From contig OX597823.1 in assembly GCA_951406725.2 (NCBI GenBank), positions 8,866,001 to 8,930,000 of the forward strand: DNA of 64,000 bases, written 5' to 3'. The translations under genes and the position numbers were made by a program. The DNA is from Octopus vulgaris (taxonomy: Eukaryota). The notes beneath the pieces were generated by a model that worked only from the letters and a program-made list of their open reading frames with translations, was not told the DNA's origin and searched no databases. Positions 28,117 to 41,543 of this stretch are shown piece by piece. Numbering within the stretch: the first letter of the stretch is position 1; each line of letters begins with the position of its first letter.

Positions 28117-30363
28117 GCACATATATACATACACACACATATAAATACATATATATATGTGTATGTACATACGTATATGCGTACAAGTGCGGATGTGTTT
28201 GTATATATGCACATACATACATGAATTAGAAACATGAATGAGAGAATCAAAACACCATGTGCCCCCTTCCTCAATAACAAAACAACAACAATAACAATCA
28301 TAGTAATTTCAATTTATCAACTTTATCACCTCACACATCTCTCTCCTTTCATCTCAAATAGTTATACATTATTTATGTCATGTCTTGTACTCTCAGTTTC
28401 CCTCCCACCATCTTGCTTGTTCGTTTTACTAACACTTCATCTTTTGTGCCACAACCGCTCCCTTATATTCTGCTGCCTTTCTTCTTTCTGCATAAATCAG
28501 TAACTCACACTTTCTCACTCTATCTATCTCTCCCTATCTCTCCTCTGTCTTTCCCTCCGTTGCCAATTTTTATTTAGAGAGAGAGTTCAGCATTAGAAAC
28601 GCGAACACGATACAGAAAAAAAGAGTGAAAGGACGGCTTTTTCTCGGGAGTAATGTATATTAAAGTATCATTCTACGAAAACCTTTCCTTTCTCTCTCTC
28701 TCTCCTATATTTTGCCCTATTCTCTCCTTCCAAACTCTTCTTTTTTACTCCGATTCCCATCTACACTTACCTCTCTTTTTTATACATCCTCCCGAATACT
28801 CCACTCCACACTATTCCTCTGATTTCATTATACTTTCCACTGAACTCTATTTTTTCCTCAACACTCCTTTTTTTCCCTCTCTATTCTATCATTGCATTCT
28901 CTTTCTACAGTTCTCCTACACATATTGCAAACATATTCAATCTCTCTCCCTCCCTCCCTCCCTCTCCTGCATTCAATCTTCTCTTCTGCTATGTACACTA
29001 ATTCCTTTGTCTATGTATATTTCTCATGCTCACTTTCCTTTTTACTCTATACTCTCTATATTCTCGTCTCTCTTTATATTTCTCTGTTCCATTTCCTGAT
29101 AGGAATATTGATTAAAAACACAAAATAATAACCAATATTATCTTGCCAAAGAGAAAACTCATTTTAAACATAAAACTACAAACAAAAATTTAAATGATAA
29201 AACAAACGCCAGAAAATATATTAAAGAAAAGTTATATGTGAAATATAAAAAAATTCCAGAAATTAAAACGAAAACCCCTCAAAATGAGCCCATCACTATC
29301 AGCACAAATGGTTTTTTCTGGATATTGTTTGTTTACTTAAAATTTTCAGTCATTTATCATTACAATTTTGTTTTTGTATTCAGTACAATCTTTCACAAAA
29401 ATTGCGGTCAATGGAATATATAGGCTAAATCGAACCATAAATATGATTAAAATTATACACACAACCAAAGAGAACCAGTAGAGAGAAACAGGAAATATTA
29501 TATACGGTAATACACGCAGATAAAAGTATAGTTGCAGATTTATGCATACGTTGATACACGAACACACGAGTCTATAAAAGGCAAACATTAAAAACTGAAA
29601 CACGTTAAACTACGCACCACATATATTTGCGCTCAAACACGCACACTCAAATACACATGAGTTTGTGTGTATGTTCGTGTGCATGCAAAAATACAAATTT
29701 AAAATGCTTGTAGAAGGAGAGAGTATGTGAAGGTTTGTAAAAGTGAGTTTAGAGATTCAGTTTAAGTTGGTTACGTGCATCAGTGTGCATGAGTATATTT
29801 GAAACTGTAGCAGTTTAGAAATACGTATATATATAGCATTAGATATGCCGTCAATTAGTGTCTGTAGTTTATGAATGTAATTAGTCTGTCCATAAAGAAA
29901 ACGACAAAGAAATAAATAATTATAAACTATAATGGAAATCGAAGATCCAAAGAAACAATACATGAATTTCATGAACAGTTTGAAACAAATTGCAGACTGA
30001 CTTTTAGAAAACAAAATAAAACAAAAAAGGATAAAACAATCATCTTGAAATATGCAAATAATTTCAAATATTGACTTTGTTTCATATATGTGTACATTGA
30101 ACTATCTGCAGTTGTATAAAACGCCATAGAAGCCTCCATAGTTCAACTTATTTGAAGAAGTGTAAAATTTGGGTTTCAGGATCAGCTCCTCAAACCCCAT
30201 TCACATTTTCTGACGAAGGGTGAGTGTCCAAAACGTTAAATCTATTTTCGTAATTTTTTTATCGCGGTGTCCGCTCTCAGTGGGCTCACTTTTGTACACT
30301 TGTAGTTCAGTTTGCTTCTTATCCTGAATTTTAACTTAGTTTATGTCAATGTATTATACAATA

Positions 30364-30760
30364 CTAGCAGTAACGCCCGGCGTTGCTCGGGTTTGTAAGG
30401 GAAATAACTATATAAGCATTTTTAGAGAGTTATAGCCAAAAAATATCAAAAAAATGCATTTAAAATGGAAAAAAAATAATGGTAAATTTTATTTTAAATC
30501 GTTGGCTCATCCTAGACATTTTTAGAGAGTTACTTCCCGTATATAATAGCGAAAAAATGCTTTAAAATGGAAAAAAATGATGGTAAATTTTTTTTAAATC
30601 GTAGACTCATCGTATTCGTGCGCTAATACCCAGAAGGGCTCGAAATGAATCATGACTATAAGATACCCGGTTTTGGTTAAACTGCACCGGAAAATGTGGG
30701 AGTAGTTAGGAATCTAAATCGTAGGAGACAGACACACAACTTCACTTTTATATATAAAGA
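30364..30760 (-). mobile_element. Non-autonomous Helitron, copy 5 (internal-duplication subfamily)
   Basis: TC...CTAG termini, subterminal hairpin, A|T insertion site. Confidence 0.85.
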
Positions 30761-30937
30761 TGTGTGTTTGTGGGTGTGTTTGCTTGTGTGTGTGTATCTG
30801 TTAATACATGAACATAATCATACTATTTGTTCACTAAACCGAGCATATTGCATGTACGAATCTGTATTCGTGGTTATGTCTTGTGTTTGTAGAATTTGGG
30901 TGTGCGCATGTATGCATGTATGTGCTTCTGTAAGTAT

Positions 30938-31360
30938 ATTCGATGTGGTGTCAAAATGTTTCCGGACTGGTTATGTAGCGCGCCAACAGATGTCTGCACA
31001 CAGTTGCGTGTGTAGTAAAAACTAGCAGTGACTGTCATGAGGCAGTCTGTCGAGTGACATCGCTGTGTTTATTTTGCAAATTGTGAAATTTGTGTTTGTG
31101 TGATCATGTGTATGGTGCAGTCTGCGATTTTGTAATGAACAAGAAGTTGGAACGACGTCAAACTGCGTTAAACTTGGGAAGTCTGCTACAGCGAGGTTGA
31201 GCAGGCTTCGGCAAGTTTACAGCGACGAGGCAATGTGTCGTATTAATGTTTTGCGTGACACGGATGATTCAAAAGCGGGAGGACGTCCCCGGAAAACGAC
31301 GAGCGATTTGGAGGACGTGTCACGAACACTCGCTCCACCGGAAATGTGGAGAAAGTGTAA
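30938..31360 (+). mobile_element. Mariner 5' remnant (degenerate TIR + N-terminal HTH of transposase)
   Basis: Frameshifted CVKLGKSATA..LRQVYSDEAMCR...ENDER...NVEKV. Confidence 0.7.
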
Positions 31361-31704
31361 CAGTATGTGCATCAGGATTGACAGTTTGTGCATCAGGATT
31401 CTAACGCTGCTGTTATGACCTCTTTCCTCGCATCATCATCCAAGCGCTCTCGAACCTGTCATCTCTCATCATTACTCCCTGCGTCCAAATATCTAGGTCA
31501 TACTTTAGCCATTACATCCTGCCTTTTGGAGAGCACCGGTCTTCTGAAATTCCAACCTTGTTTATTCTTTTATTGCGAGTGTCGAATTATGTGTGTGTGT
31601 CTGTGTGTGTGTGTGTGTGTGTGTGTACATTTGCATGCGCATATATGTATATCTCTATATACGTATGTATATGTGCATGTATGTTTGTATGTAGATATAC
31701 TTAT

Positions 31705-31876
31705 AGGCGCAGGAGTGGCTGTGTGGTAAGTAGCTTGCTAAACAACCACATGGTTCCGGGTTCAGTCCCACTGCGTGGCATCTTGGGCAAGTGTCTTCTG
31801 CTATAGCCCCGGGCCGACCAATGCCTTGTGAGTGGATTTGGTAGACGGAAACTGAAAGAAGCCTGTCGTATATATG

Positions 31877-31907
<31 letters not shown>

Positions 31908-32124
31908 TTGTGTGTGTGTGTTTGTCAACCTAGCATTGCTTGACAACTGATGCTGGTGTGTTTACGTCCCCGTCACTTAGCGGTTCGGCAAAAAGAGACC
32001 GATAGAATAAGTACTGGGCTTACAAAGAATAAGTCCCTGGGTCGAGTTGCTCGACTAAAGGCGGTGTTCAAGCATAGCCGCAGTCAACTGACTGAAACAA
32101 GTAAAAGAGTAAAAAAGAAAGAGT
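31705..32124 (+). mobile_element. tRNA-derived SINE family D
   Basis: Full head-to-tail match with other copies. Confidence 0.88.
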
Positions 32125-32507
32125 GTAGACAAAGTTGACTTGGCATTGTACTTCACTAGAAAAATACTTATTGAAATGTACATAAAGAAGATTTTGAAAA
32201 CAATGCATTCCAAATTTGAATGAATAACACTAAAACTAATCTTCTATAATACGAACTTCACAACAATTAATCGTGATGCGAATATATTAAAATGGTAAAT
32301 TAAATGTGAACTTATCTAATACATTATGACAAACACAGATTTATTTCTATTGTAATCATTTACATAATCATAATTAAAAATCATTAGATACAGTATAATA
32401 TTTTCAGAGACCCATAATTACTTTGAAGACCTCTGCGTTATGTTGAAATTATCATAAAACCAAATATCTGTTTTAGATGTAGAAATTGGGATCGGTTTCT
32501 TTAGATA

Positions 32508-33230
32508 CGAGGTCTGGTCAACAAGTATCTGGATTGTTGCCATAGTAACGAAATCATAGCACGCAGAGTAAAGCCGCTTGGCACAGATTGGTTTTAAACT
32601 TTGCTGTGCCTACGAACAATATTTTAATGTACTAGTTCACTTTCGCCGTTTACAGCAGTGCTTCGAAGGAAGGTGTGTAACGTCTGATCGTCGCTTTGAC
32701 CATGACAGAGAAAGTAGAGCAGAGAATCTGCATTAAATTTTGCCAAAAGCTTTGCGATATCTTCTCAGTGCCTACGGAAAGTTTTCAAAAAGTTTTCAAC
32801 ATTCTCGACACAATCAAGGAGATTTTGTGCAACTAAAACCCAAGTGTATTTTTGCTCAGCTGGAAGACGTTTTGGCAGACACCCATCTTATAGCCAAATC
32901 ATCAGTGATAATGGACTGAACTGAACTATAACTAATCTGCACATCCTCTGATAAATAACGGGTGGTGATTCGTCGATCTTCCCTCACATCTGCACGCACA
33001 TCTGCGATGTTTTTCTCAGTTTTGCTGGTTGCGCGTCACCCAGAATGTTCATCAATATCGATATTTCGGTCATTTTGAAAACGTCTGAAAGACTCGTATA
33101 CTTGTGTGCCACTCATACTCTCCTCTCCATACACTTTTTGCAACTTTCCGTAGGCCTCTCAGCTGGTATCGCCATGACAAATTTCTCTGTCATTGTCAAT
33201 ACGACGATCACACGCTACACAACTTCATTC
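32508..33230. mobile_element. Non-autonomous mariner derivative with two opposed 5' ends
   Basis: TA|CGAGG TIR and MTEKVEQRICIKFCQKL on +, then minus-strand VYGEESMS...EKNIADVR...EDRRIT...VQISYSSVQSIITDDL. Confidence 0.8.
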
Positions 33231-34435
33231 GGAGCCAACAATATAAGTACCAATTTCTTGCATTCAGCTGTCTTGAGTATTGCCCTTAACCTACGATAAC
33301 ATTCTTTTCTGAACTTTTACCTCATCATTGAATGTTTGATTTCATCACATTCATGTACCCCTGGCTCTCCGCTATTTCTAACACCTGTATGACATTCTAA
33401 TGGTCGAGATTAACGTTGGATGTTTATGTAATTTTTCCTCTGATGAAGATACGTTTTGTACATTTATCGAGGCCAAATTCCATCCTGATATTATGTGAGA
33501 GAGCCGTGCAAGCCATCAAAGTGACACTAGATTAAAATATACGAAGCCTAGAATACCACTCATGACTACATGTCTGAAAAGGGTACACCAGGCACATGCA
33601 TTACAACCATATGTGAGCGATAGAGTGACGTCATATCAAGATATACATATATACACACAAGCGCACGCATGCATGCACACACAAACACACACACATACAC
33701 CTATATACCTATGCGGACGTGTGGGATATATTTGTATCACAGTTGCTTACTAATGTTCTATTTTGCTGATAATCTGAAATAGAATATCAATGGTCGGGTT
33801 CACGTCGAATGAGGAAAGAGTTTTTACACCTCATAAACATATTAATGATTTGAGATAAATAGGCTTCTCAGAATTCTCTGGAATAGTCAGACCGGTTTGT
33901 GCACTCTTATTTCAAATCCCGCTGAGGTAAACATATCCTTTCATTCTTCTTGTGTCGGTAAATTAATGTACCAGTCAAATATTGGGGCTGATTCTTGCTT
34001 CTCTCTCTCACTCTCATTCTACCAGCTATGATCAGATTTGAAAAATAATGGGATCTAACAAGTTTAAAACGGTGAAGACATATATGAATGCGACGACCAA
34101 ATGAATTTGAGTGGATCACATTCTATTTTACACAAATTTGTGGTTATTGTAAAGGATGCTCTAAAATATCTATACGTACACTCCGAAGAGACAACATTAA
34201 TTCGCTTTTTCAAGCTGTGAAATGTTTCATTATTTATTTTACATAGTCTTTCAAAATATACCATTACTAAGAATAATACATGCGTCCTGATTTTTCAAAA
34301 ATCGCAAAACATGATATTAAATATATTCCAGTTTCAAACTTAATTCTCTCACATGTTTCGTTAAAGTTCTGCTGGAGCAGAATTGCCTTTCTATCTACAG
34401 TGTCAGTATAGTTACTGACCGTCTATTCCACACCT

Positions 34436-34812
34436 GTGGAGGCGTAATGGTTAAGTGATTAGGGCAGCAGACTCGCGGTCATGGGATCGCGGTTTCGATT
34501 CCCAGACCGGGCGTTGTGAGTGTTTATTGAGCGAAAACACCTAAAAGCTCCAAGAGGATAGTGGTGATCCCTGCCGTACTCTTTCACCACAACTTTCTCT
34601 CACTCTTACTTCCTGTTTCTGTTGTACCTGTATTTCAAGGGGCCGGCCTTGTCACTCTCTGTGTCACGCTGAATATCCCCGAGAACTACGTTAAGGGTGC
34701 ACGTGTCTGTGGAGTGCTCAGCCACTTACACGCTAATTTCACGAGCAGGCTGTTCCGTTGATTCGGATCAACCGGAACCCTCATCGTCGTAACCGACGGA
34801 GTACTTCCACAC
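34436..34812 (+). mobile_element. SINE family C
   Basis: TSD ATTCCACACCT (34425-34435, 34813-34823). Confidence 0.88.
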
Positions 34813-35377
34813 ATTCCACACCTATTACTTCTTTGCAAATTGCTAGCCTTAAGCGAAATTTAAAAAATCGATATTAATGTACTAATCGTGGTGCGTATAA
34901 TTTTCGCTATTATTGGAAATTTCACAAAATATGTTTTATATCACACTTGAAAAGCAAATATTTTATTTGCACAAGAATAAAGCTAATTAAAAAATGGGGA
35001 TACACTCAGTTATACAAACAATTTCTCAACGAATATATATCCTGAAACTGACGTGATATTGTGTGTTCTTAAATATATTTAATATAGATTCTTTATTATA
35101 ATATTATCAGGCTTTATATTTTTGTAGAAAACCTAATATTTGTGTCACATCAATTTGGACGAGATAGAGTCCAAATTAACAACATGGAGTTAAAATCTGA
35201 GATTGTAATAAGGCTGGGTCTGTGACACCAAGAAACACTAAGACAAAGTGTGAGAATTAAATAATATATTATTACTAAAAACCCATAACCCGCGTTTGAT
35301 GCTGAGACACTTTTAGCGTAATCACTTGTCCAGGTTCCTTCCCTTCTCTTAAGAATTTTGAATATATATATATATAT

Positions 35378-35582
35378 CAGTCGCCATGATAGATCGGGAG
35401 CCACTACACACATTTTTTCTCTCCTTGTTTCTCTCCTTGTTTCTTTCTGTGTTCCTTTCTGCGGAAGAGCGTAGGCTCGAAACGTAAAAGACTTTTTCAA
35501 TTCCCGGGCGTTATACTAATACATCTGTTTGTTGTCTACACCACCTGTCTTCGTGTTTCGTTTTTTCGTGAATTCTCCGCCC

Positions 35583-35585
<3 letters not shown>
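35378..35585 (+). mobile_element. Penelope-type terminal-repeat fragment carrying a minimal variant HHR (35455-35490)
   Basis: CTTT-CTGCGGA-A-GAGC-GTAG-GCTC-GAAACGTA-AAAG between (TA)n tracts; same family as 9483-9701. Confidence 0.65.
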
Positions 35586-35680
<95 letters not shown>

Positions 35681-35917
35681 CTGTGTATGTGTATCTTTGT
35701 ATAGAAAAAATTGTTCTTCCTTAGGGATATAATATACAAGCGTACAACATTTTTGCACTTTTGTCGATTAGCGATACTGGAAAGTTTTCATGTATATAGG
35801 TATTAATGCTTTTCGTCGGTTCTTCTTCGATATTTGTACTTCACACTTCTGAAATTCTAGTTTTCACTCTGGAGATTCCCATCATTTTCGATATCGGAGA
35901 AAATATTTTAATTTCTC

Positions 35918-36081
35918 ACGCAGGAGTGGCTGTGTGGTAAGTAGCTTGCTAACCAGCCATATGGTTCCGGGCTCAGTACCACTGCGTGGCATCTTGGGCA
36001 AGTGTCTTCTGCTATAGCCCCGGGCCGACCAATGCCTTGTGAGTGGATTTGGTAGACGGAAACTGAAAGAAGCCTGTCGTA

Positions 36082-36132
<51 letters not shown>

Positions 36133-36309
36133 TTGTCCCCGATGCTGGTGTGTTTACGTCCACGTCACTTAGCGATTCGGCAAAAAGAGACCGATAGAAT
36201 AAGTACTGGGCTTACAAAGAATAAGTCCCGGGGTCGAATTGCTCGACGAAAGGCGGTGCTCCGGCATGGCCGCAGTCAAATGACTGAAACAAGTAACAGA
36301 GTAAAGAGT
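35918..36309 (+). mobile_element. tRNA-derived SINE family D
   Basis: Match to the other family D copies. Confidence 0.85.
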
Positions 36310-36326
36310 ATACACATACACACAGG

Positions 36327-36395
<69 letters not shown>

Positions 36396-36397
<2 letters not shown>

Positions 36398-36806
36398 GGG
36401 TAGAGAAATTAGAGAAATTTCCTACCTGTGGCTAGCATGCATAAAATAGTCAACAGACAAAGTTTTTCATATAAAATTAGTGTACATTCATACATTAACA
36501 GGACACAGTATATGCTAAAACAGAGTCTAAAGCATGGTTAAGATTAATTTCTTATTTGTTCATTAATGCTCGAAACCTAGGTACAAGTGGTAACTATTGA
36601 AAATGTTTTTATTTTTCAACCCCTTCGAAATTACTTTTAACCGTGGTTTGGACTTTGACAGTTTCTTTTAGCATGTAAGGTATCCTATTATGGTCACCTC
36701 TTTCGTGTATGAATGTACACGAATTTTATATGAAAAATTTGTTGTCTATTGTCTATTTTATGCATGCAAGCCACTTGTAGAAAATTTCTATAATTTCTCT
36801 ATCCTA
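36396..36806. mobile_element. Tc1/mariner-type MITE with ~100-bp imperfect TIRs
   Basis: TA|CAGGGTAGAGAAATT...GTGTACATTCATAC mirrored by GTATGAATGTACAC...AATTTCTCTATCCTA|TA; the interior recurs at ~37012-37183. Confidence 0.75.
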
Positions 36807-37238
36807 TATATTTTCTTAATATGAATTTAGTAATTTTGAAGAAATTCGGCACATAATATTTTATTTGCTACCGACTATAACTGCGCTTGCGCGGTGGATT
36901 TGAAAAATTATAATGTATAAATGTGTGCTATGTGCTCTCTATTTGTTCCATAATTAAACATTAATTATTAGCGTCCTTGCTGATGAAGTACACAGATAAC
37001 AAATTATCATTATTTGTTCATAAATGTTCGAAACCTAGGTACAAGTGGTAATTATTGAAAATGTTTTTATTCTTCATCTTCTTCGAAATTACTCTTAACC
37101 GCGGTTTGGACTTTGACCGTGCCTTTTAGCATATAATGTGTCCTGTTAAGGTCACCAATATTGTGTATGAATGTAAACTAATCATATATATATATATATT
37201 TATATATATATATATATATATGTATACATATATATATA

Positions 37239-37468
37239 TTTCTTTACTACCCACAAGGGGCTAAACACAGAGGAGACAAACAAGGACAGACAAAGGGATT
37301 AAGTCGATTACATCGACCCCAGTGCGTAACTGGTACTTAATTTATCGACCCCGGAAGGATGATAGGCAAAGTCGACCTCGGAGGAATTTGAACTCGGAAC
37401 GTAACGGCAGACGAAATACGGCTACGCATTTCGCCCGGCACGCTAACGTTTCTGCCAGCTCGCCGCCT
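37239..37468 (-). mobile_element. tRNA-derived SINE family E
   Basis: Minus strand GGCGGCGAGCTGGCAGAAACG...GAGTTCAAATTCC...TCATCCTTCCGGGGTCGATAAATTAAGTACCAG; near-identical copy at 57836. Confidence 0.85.
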
Positions 37469-37474
37469 ATTGTG

Positions 37475-37505
<31 letters not shown>

Positions 37506-38955
37506 GTTTGTATGGATGTTTGTATGGAGCTAATGCTGAATTTTTATGCTCTCTGTCCACAATATACATATGTATGACTATGTGAAGCTCCGTATTTATT
37601 TCATCAACTGTACTCGCTGGGAAATTATATATTCACTAATGTGTATAAGTTGATGCAGAAGTTCTACATGTGCGAATACCTAGATGCTTGAGCATGTATA
37701 TCATGGCAAACGTAACAATGTTTAGCCATGTAGGTGTTTACAGTTTATTCTACTTCAATAATTCCATGATATGTTATAATTGAAGCCGACAATGTGCTAA
37801 CCTATTGCTGTAGTATTTGACAGAAGTAAAGATACAATAACACAAGCTCGTCTGTACTTGTTTGTTGACAAACTCAGAAAAGAATACTTTCCTATACACG
37901 TTTCCGCACACACGTATCTGTCTTGTCTTACGGTTGTTTGGAACACAGGCATAACGTTGCTGCTTCAATTCTTGGACCAGACGGTGAGTTTTGTCCTTGT
38001 GCATGACATTTTATTTCACTTTACTCTGGTCTACCCAATTGCAGCAATTATAGCTGGATACTGGAATATCTCTCCCTCTCTCCTTTTAGCTGTCATTAGT
38101 TGGTTGTTCCGTTTTGTAAGACGAACCAAGAAATTTCTCTGTGTGCCCATGACTGTTTAGATATCTAATGCAAGAAGCGAAAGCATGGTACATGTTATGA
38201 AACCATACTCGTTCGCAAGTGATGGGTAGCTGTATCGAGGGATTATCTACAAAAATTTACTTGATTTGCTAATCTAATCACAATCATATCCTATCGTCTT
38301 AAAACACGAACGACATATTGGTTTATGCAAGACTAAATATAATTTATCTGAAAAAAGAAAAAAAAAAGAATGAATGATTACGGTTTGATCATACTTGATG
38401 ATATAAGGGTTTGGGTCAAAAGCGTAAAATTCAAAAGTAAAAACCACTTTAATTAAGTAGCTGACGTCATAGTATAATGTAATTTAAGAAAATCTTTATT
38501 TTAGTATTTTTTTCAAAGTCCTTCCATGTTTTCTTATTCATTTATATCTTTTTAGTTTCTTACAGGTGCTGCATTTTCTAGCAATAATAAATCATGTAGG
38601 AGTACATCATGTTAAGAACATTGTTTAAAGTCGTCCTTGGAAAATTATTCATGTTCCAGTGAAAGGTATCTAAGTGAAATCCGAAATAATCGTCATTCTA
38701 TTATAAGCGAATTACGAGATTTTCGGATTTGATTTAGATTCCATGTCATGTAATCTAACTCAGATGAAACCACATTCCGAAATGTGAAGTTATCCATAAT
38801 CTTAACAAATATATCAATACCAATAAACATTTCCATAATCTCAACTTGTGGTTTTATCAATATTCGTTGATGGAACGTAGTGATAAATAAAAGAGTTTTT
38901 TATTCATTTTGATATCTTGAAATATTTATGCCATAAATCACTATACATATATATT

Positions 38956-39009
<54 letters not shown>

Positions 39010-39023
39010 TGTGTATACATACT

Positions 39024-39078
<55 letters not shown>

Positions 39079-39910
39079 GCATATATATATATATATATAT
39101 ATTCGACATCTCTCTTGTCTTGTCAAATCTATATCTGTTTAAGTACCTTGGCCATGCGCGAACAACGTAATGCGTTGCAGAGTTTTCTTTCAATCGATCA
39201 TATATTTAAGAGTTATCCTTTCTTATACATCTCAACATTACTATTCTTTCTAGAGACTTTTGTGTCTAAATTATTTTTCTCTGCGCTCGTAAAAATAGTT
39301 CATGTTGGTTTTATAGTTACAGATTTTGTTTATCTCTAAACCTTTCATGTGGAATGTATAAGAAGGTTAAATGTATAGCAGATTTTTATCGCTTTAAACT
39401 TCTTTCAGTTTACCCCCGAAAAATATAACACAAAATTTTCTATTCGTATTCTTAGCTATTTCATTGTTCGGAATATTCATGAAAATTTTTATGTTAGGAA
39501 TATTTTAGTTCACTATATATTTACTTATTAAATTTTCTTAATTATTTTAGAAGATAATTCTTTAGTGCTTTAGTAGGATATGCTTTATTGCATAAGGCAC
39601 CACACTGACGCTTGCTCAGCAAAAATGGCGCACTTTTTGATAAATCACTGATAGCAAAGCAATTCCTTTTCTTTTCGCCGTGATATTATTGTAATTTCGA
39701 ATTGCTATATCCAGTACGAAACTGGTATTTTCAGTTTAATCATAGAAAGTATTCATATAATTAGTTAATCTGTCAATGACTCCATTACATGATGCAACCC
39801 AACTCTGAAGTAGTTGTGCATTTCAGTTTTACCAATTACAAAAACATTAAGCACATTTCGTATATTCATTTATGTTTATAACAGAGATACTAAATAATTT
39901 GATATTGATA

Positions 39911-40126
39911 TATACTCTTTTACTCTTTTACTCTTTTACTTGTTTCAGTCATCTGACTGCGGCCATGCTGGAGCACCGCCTTTAATCGAGCAACTCGACC
40001 CCGGGACTTATTCTTTTGTAAGCCCAGTACTTATTCTATCGGTCTTTTTTTGCCGAAGTAACGGGGACGTAAACACACAATCATCGGTTGTCAAGCAATG
40101 CTAGGGGGACAAACACAGACACGCAA

Positions 40127-40159
<33 letters not shown>

Positions 40160-40331
40160 CATATATACGACGGGCTTCTTTCAGTTTCCGTCTACCAAAT
40201 CCACTCACAAGGCTTTGGTCGGCCCGAGGCTATAGTAGAAGACACTTGCCCAAGGTGCCACGCAGTGGGACTGAACCCGGAACCATGTGGTTCGTAAACA
40301 AGCTACTTACCACACAGCCACTCCTGCGCCT
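39911..40331 (-). mobile_element. tRNA-derived SINE family D
   Basis: Full copy; candidate TSD ATATTGATA (39902-39910, 40332-40340). Confidence 0.88.
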
Positions 40332-41039
40332 ATATTGATAATTCATTTTATTGCTTTAAATTTTTGACGACAATGGTGTGCGAATTATTATGAGCTGTTC
40401 GTCAGTCTGTCTGTATCCCAAAATTTCATAGGGTTTCCATATTTTACCCTCACACATGTTTATATAAGTACCAATTAAACCTGTTGTAGATGGGAGGCTA
40501 GGCTATGTATACCAACTTTGCTACGTGATGCATTTACAGTTAAGTCTCCTGATAAAATATGATGTTTCAGAAAATAAAACTTCCAATTGGCAATAATTGT
40601 TTACATTGAAGGACATGTGAATATTATATTCCAGCATATCTACTCATCTATCGCAAAAGCTCTGACAACTGTTGTCCATTCAGAGCGCATCTATTCATCA
40701 GGCCAAGGATAGTAATTTTTTCATATACAGATTGAGCAATAACATACCGCGTGTGATAAGGTGGTGGTAGTGACTTTCATAATTATTTACCAAATGTAAC
40801 CCTTAAGAAGTAAGCTCTAATTTGGGGTGGGTGGGGATTCTTTTATGGATATAAAATGTTTTTTACAATTTGTTATAATCATATTCAATAAGGGGTCATA
40901 GGAAACCATTTCTGAATTGCAGGTAGACGAGACACATTTTACATGATTCTACGAGGATCAGTATTCTCTTACCTCAGCTCGGAGAGTAAACTCTGTGGAT
41001 GTAAAGTCCATCCTCCTCCTCCTCCTCCTCCTCCTCCTC

Positions 41040-41118
<79 letters not shown>

Positions 41119-41129
41119 ATCGATACCAG

Positions 41130-41271
41130 AACTCAACTGGTACTTAATTGTAGAACGAGAGGAAGAAAGGCAAAGTTGACCCTAGCAGAATTTGAACACA
41201 GAACGTGAAGTCAGACGAAATGCCACTAAGCATTTTTTCTGGTGTGCTAACGATCTTGCCAGCTTGTCCCC
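41130..41271 (-). mobile_element. SINE family E, partial
   Basis: AACTGGTACTTAAT...GGCAAAGTTGACC...TGCCAGCTTGTCCCCT. Confidence 0.65.
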
Positions 41272-41272
41272 T

Positions 41273-41320
<48 letters not shown>

Positions 41321-41470
41321 GATGATGATGATAATAATAATAACAACAACAACAACAACAACAACAATAATAATAATAATAATAATAATGGTGCTATTAA
41401 GTTAGACATGGCCTGGACCAATCTTTGGTCGAAGCATATCTAAGTTTATCTAATTCTAATAATAATAATG

Positions 41471-41542
<72 letters not shown>

Positions 41543-41543
<1 letters not shown>

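Noticed and set aside
28234-29128. Hydrophobic Leu/Ser/Phe-rich ORFs
   Set aside because: Produced by CT-rich low-complexity sequence; no recognisable domain.
30206-30240. TTTT-CTGACGAAGGG-TGAGTG-TCC-AAAACGTTAAA minimal HHR-like motif
   Set aside because: The essential G of GAAA is missing; at best a dead PLE-type remnant.
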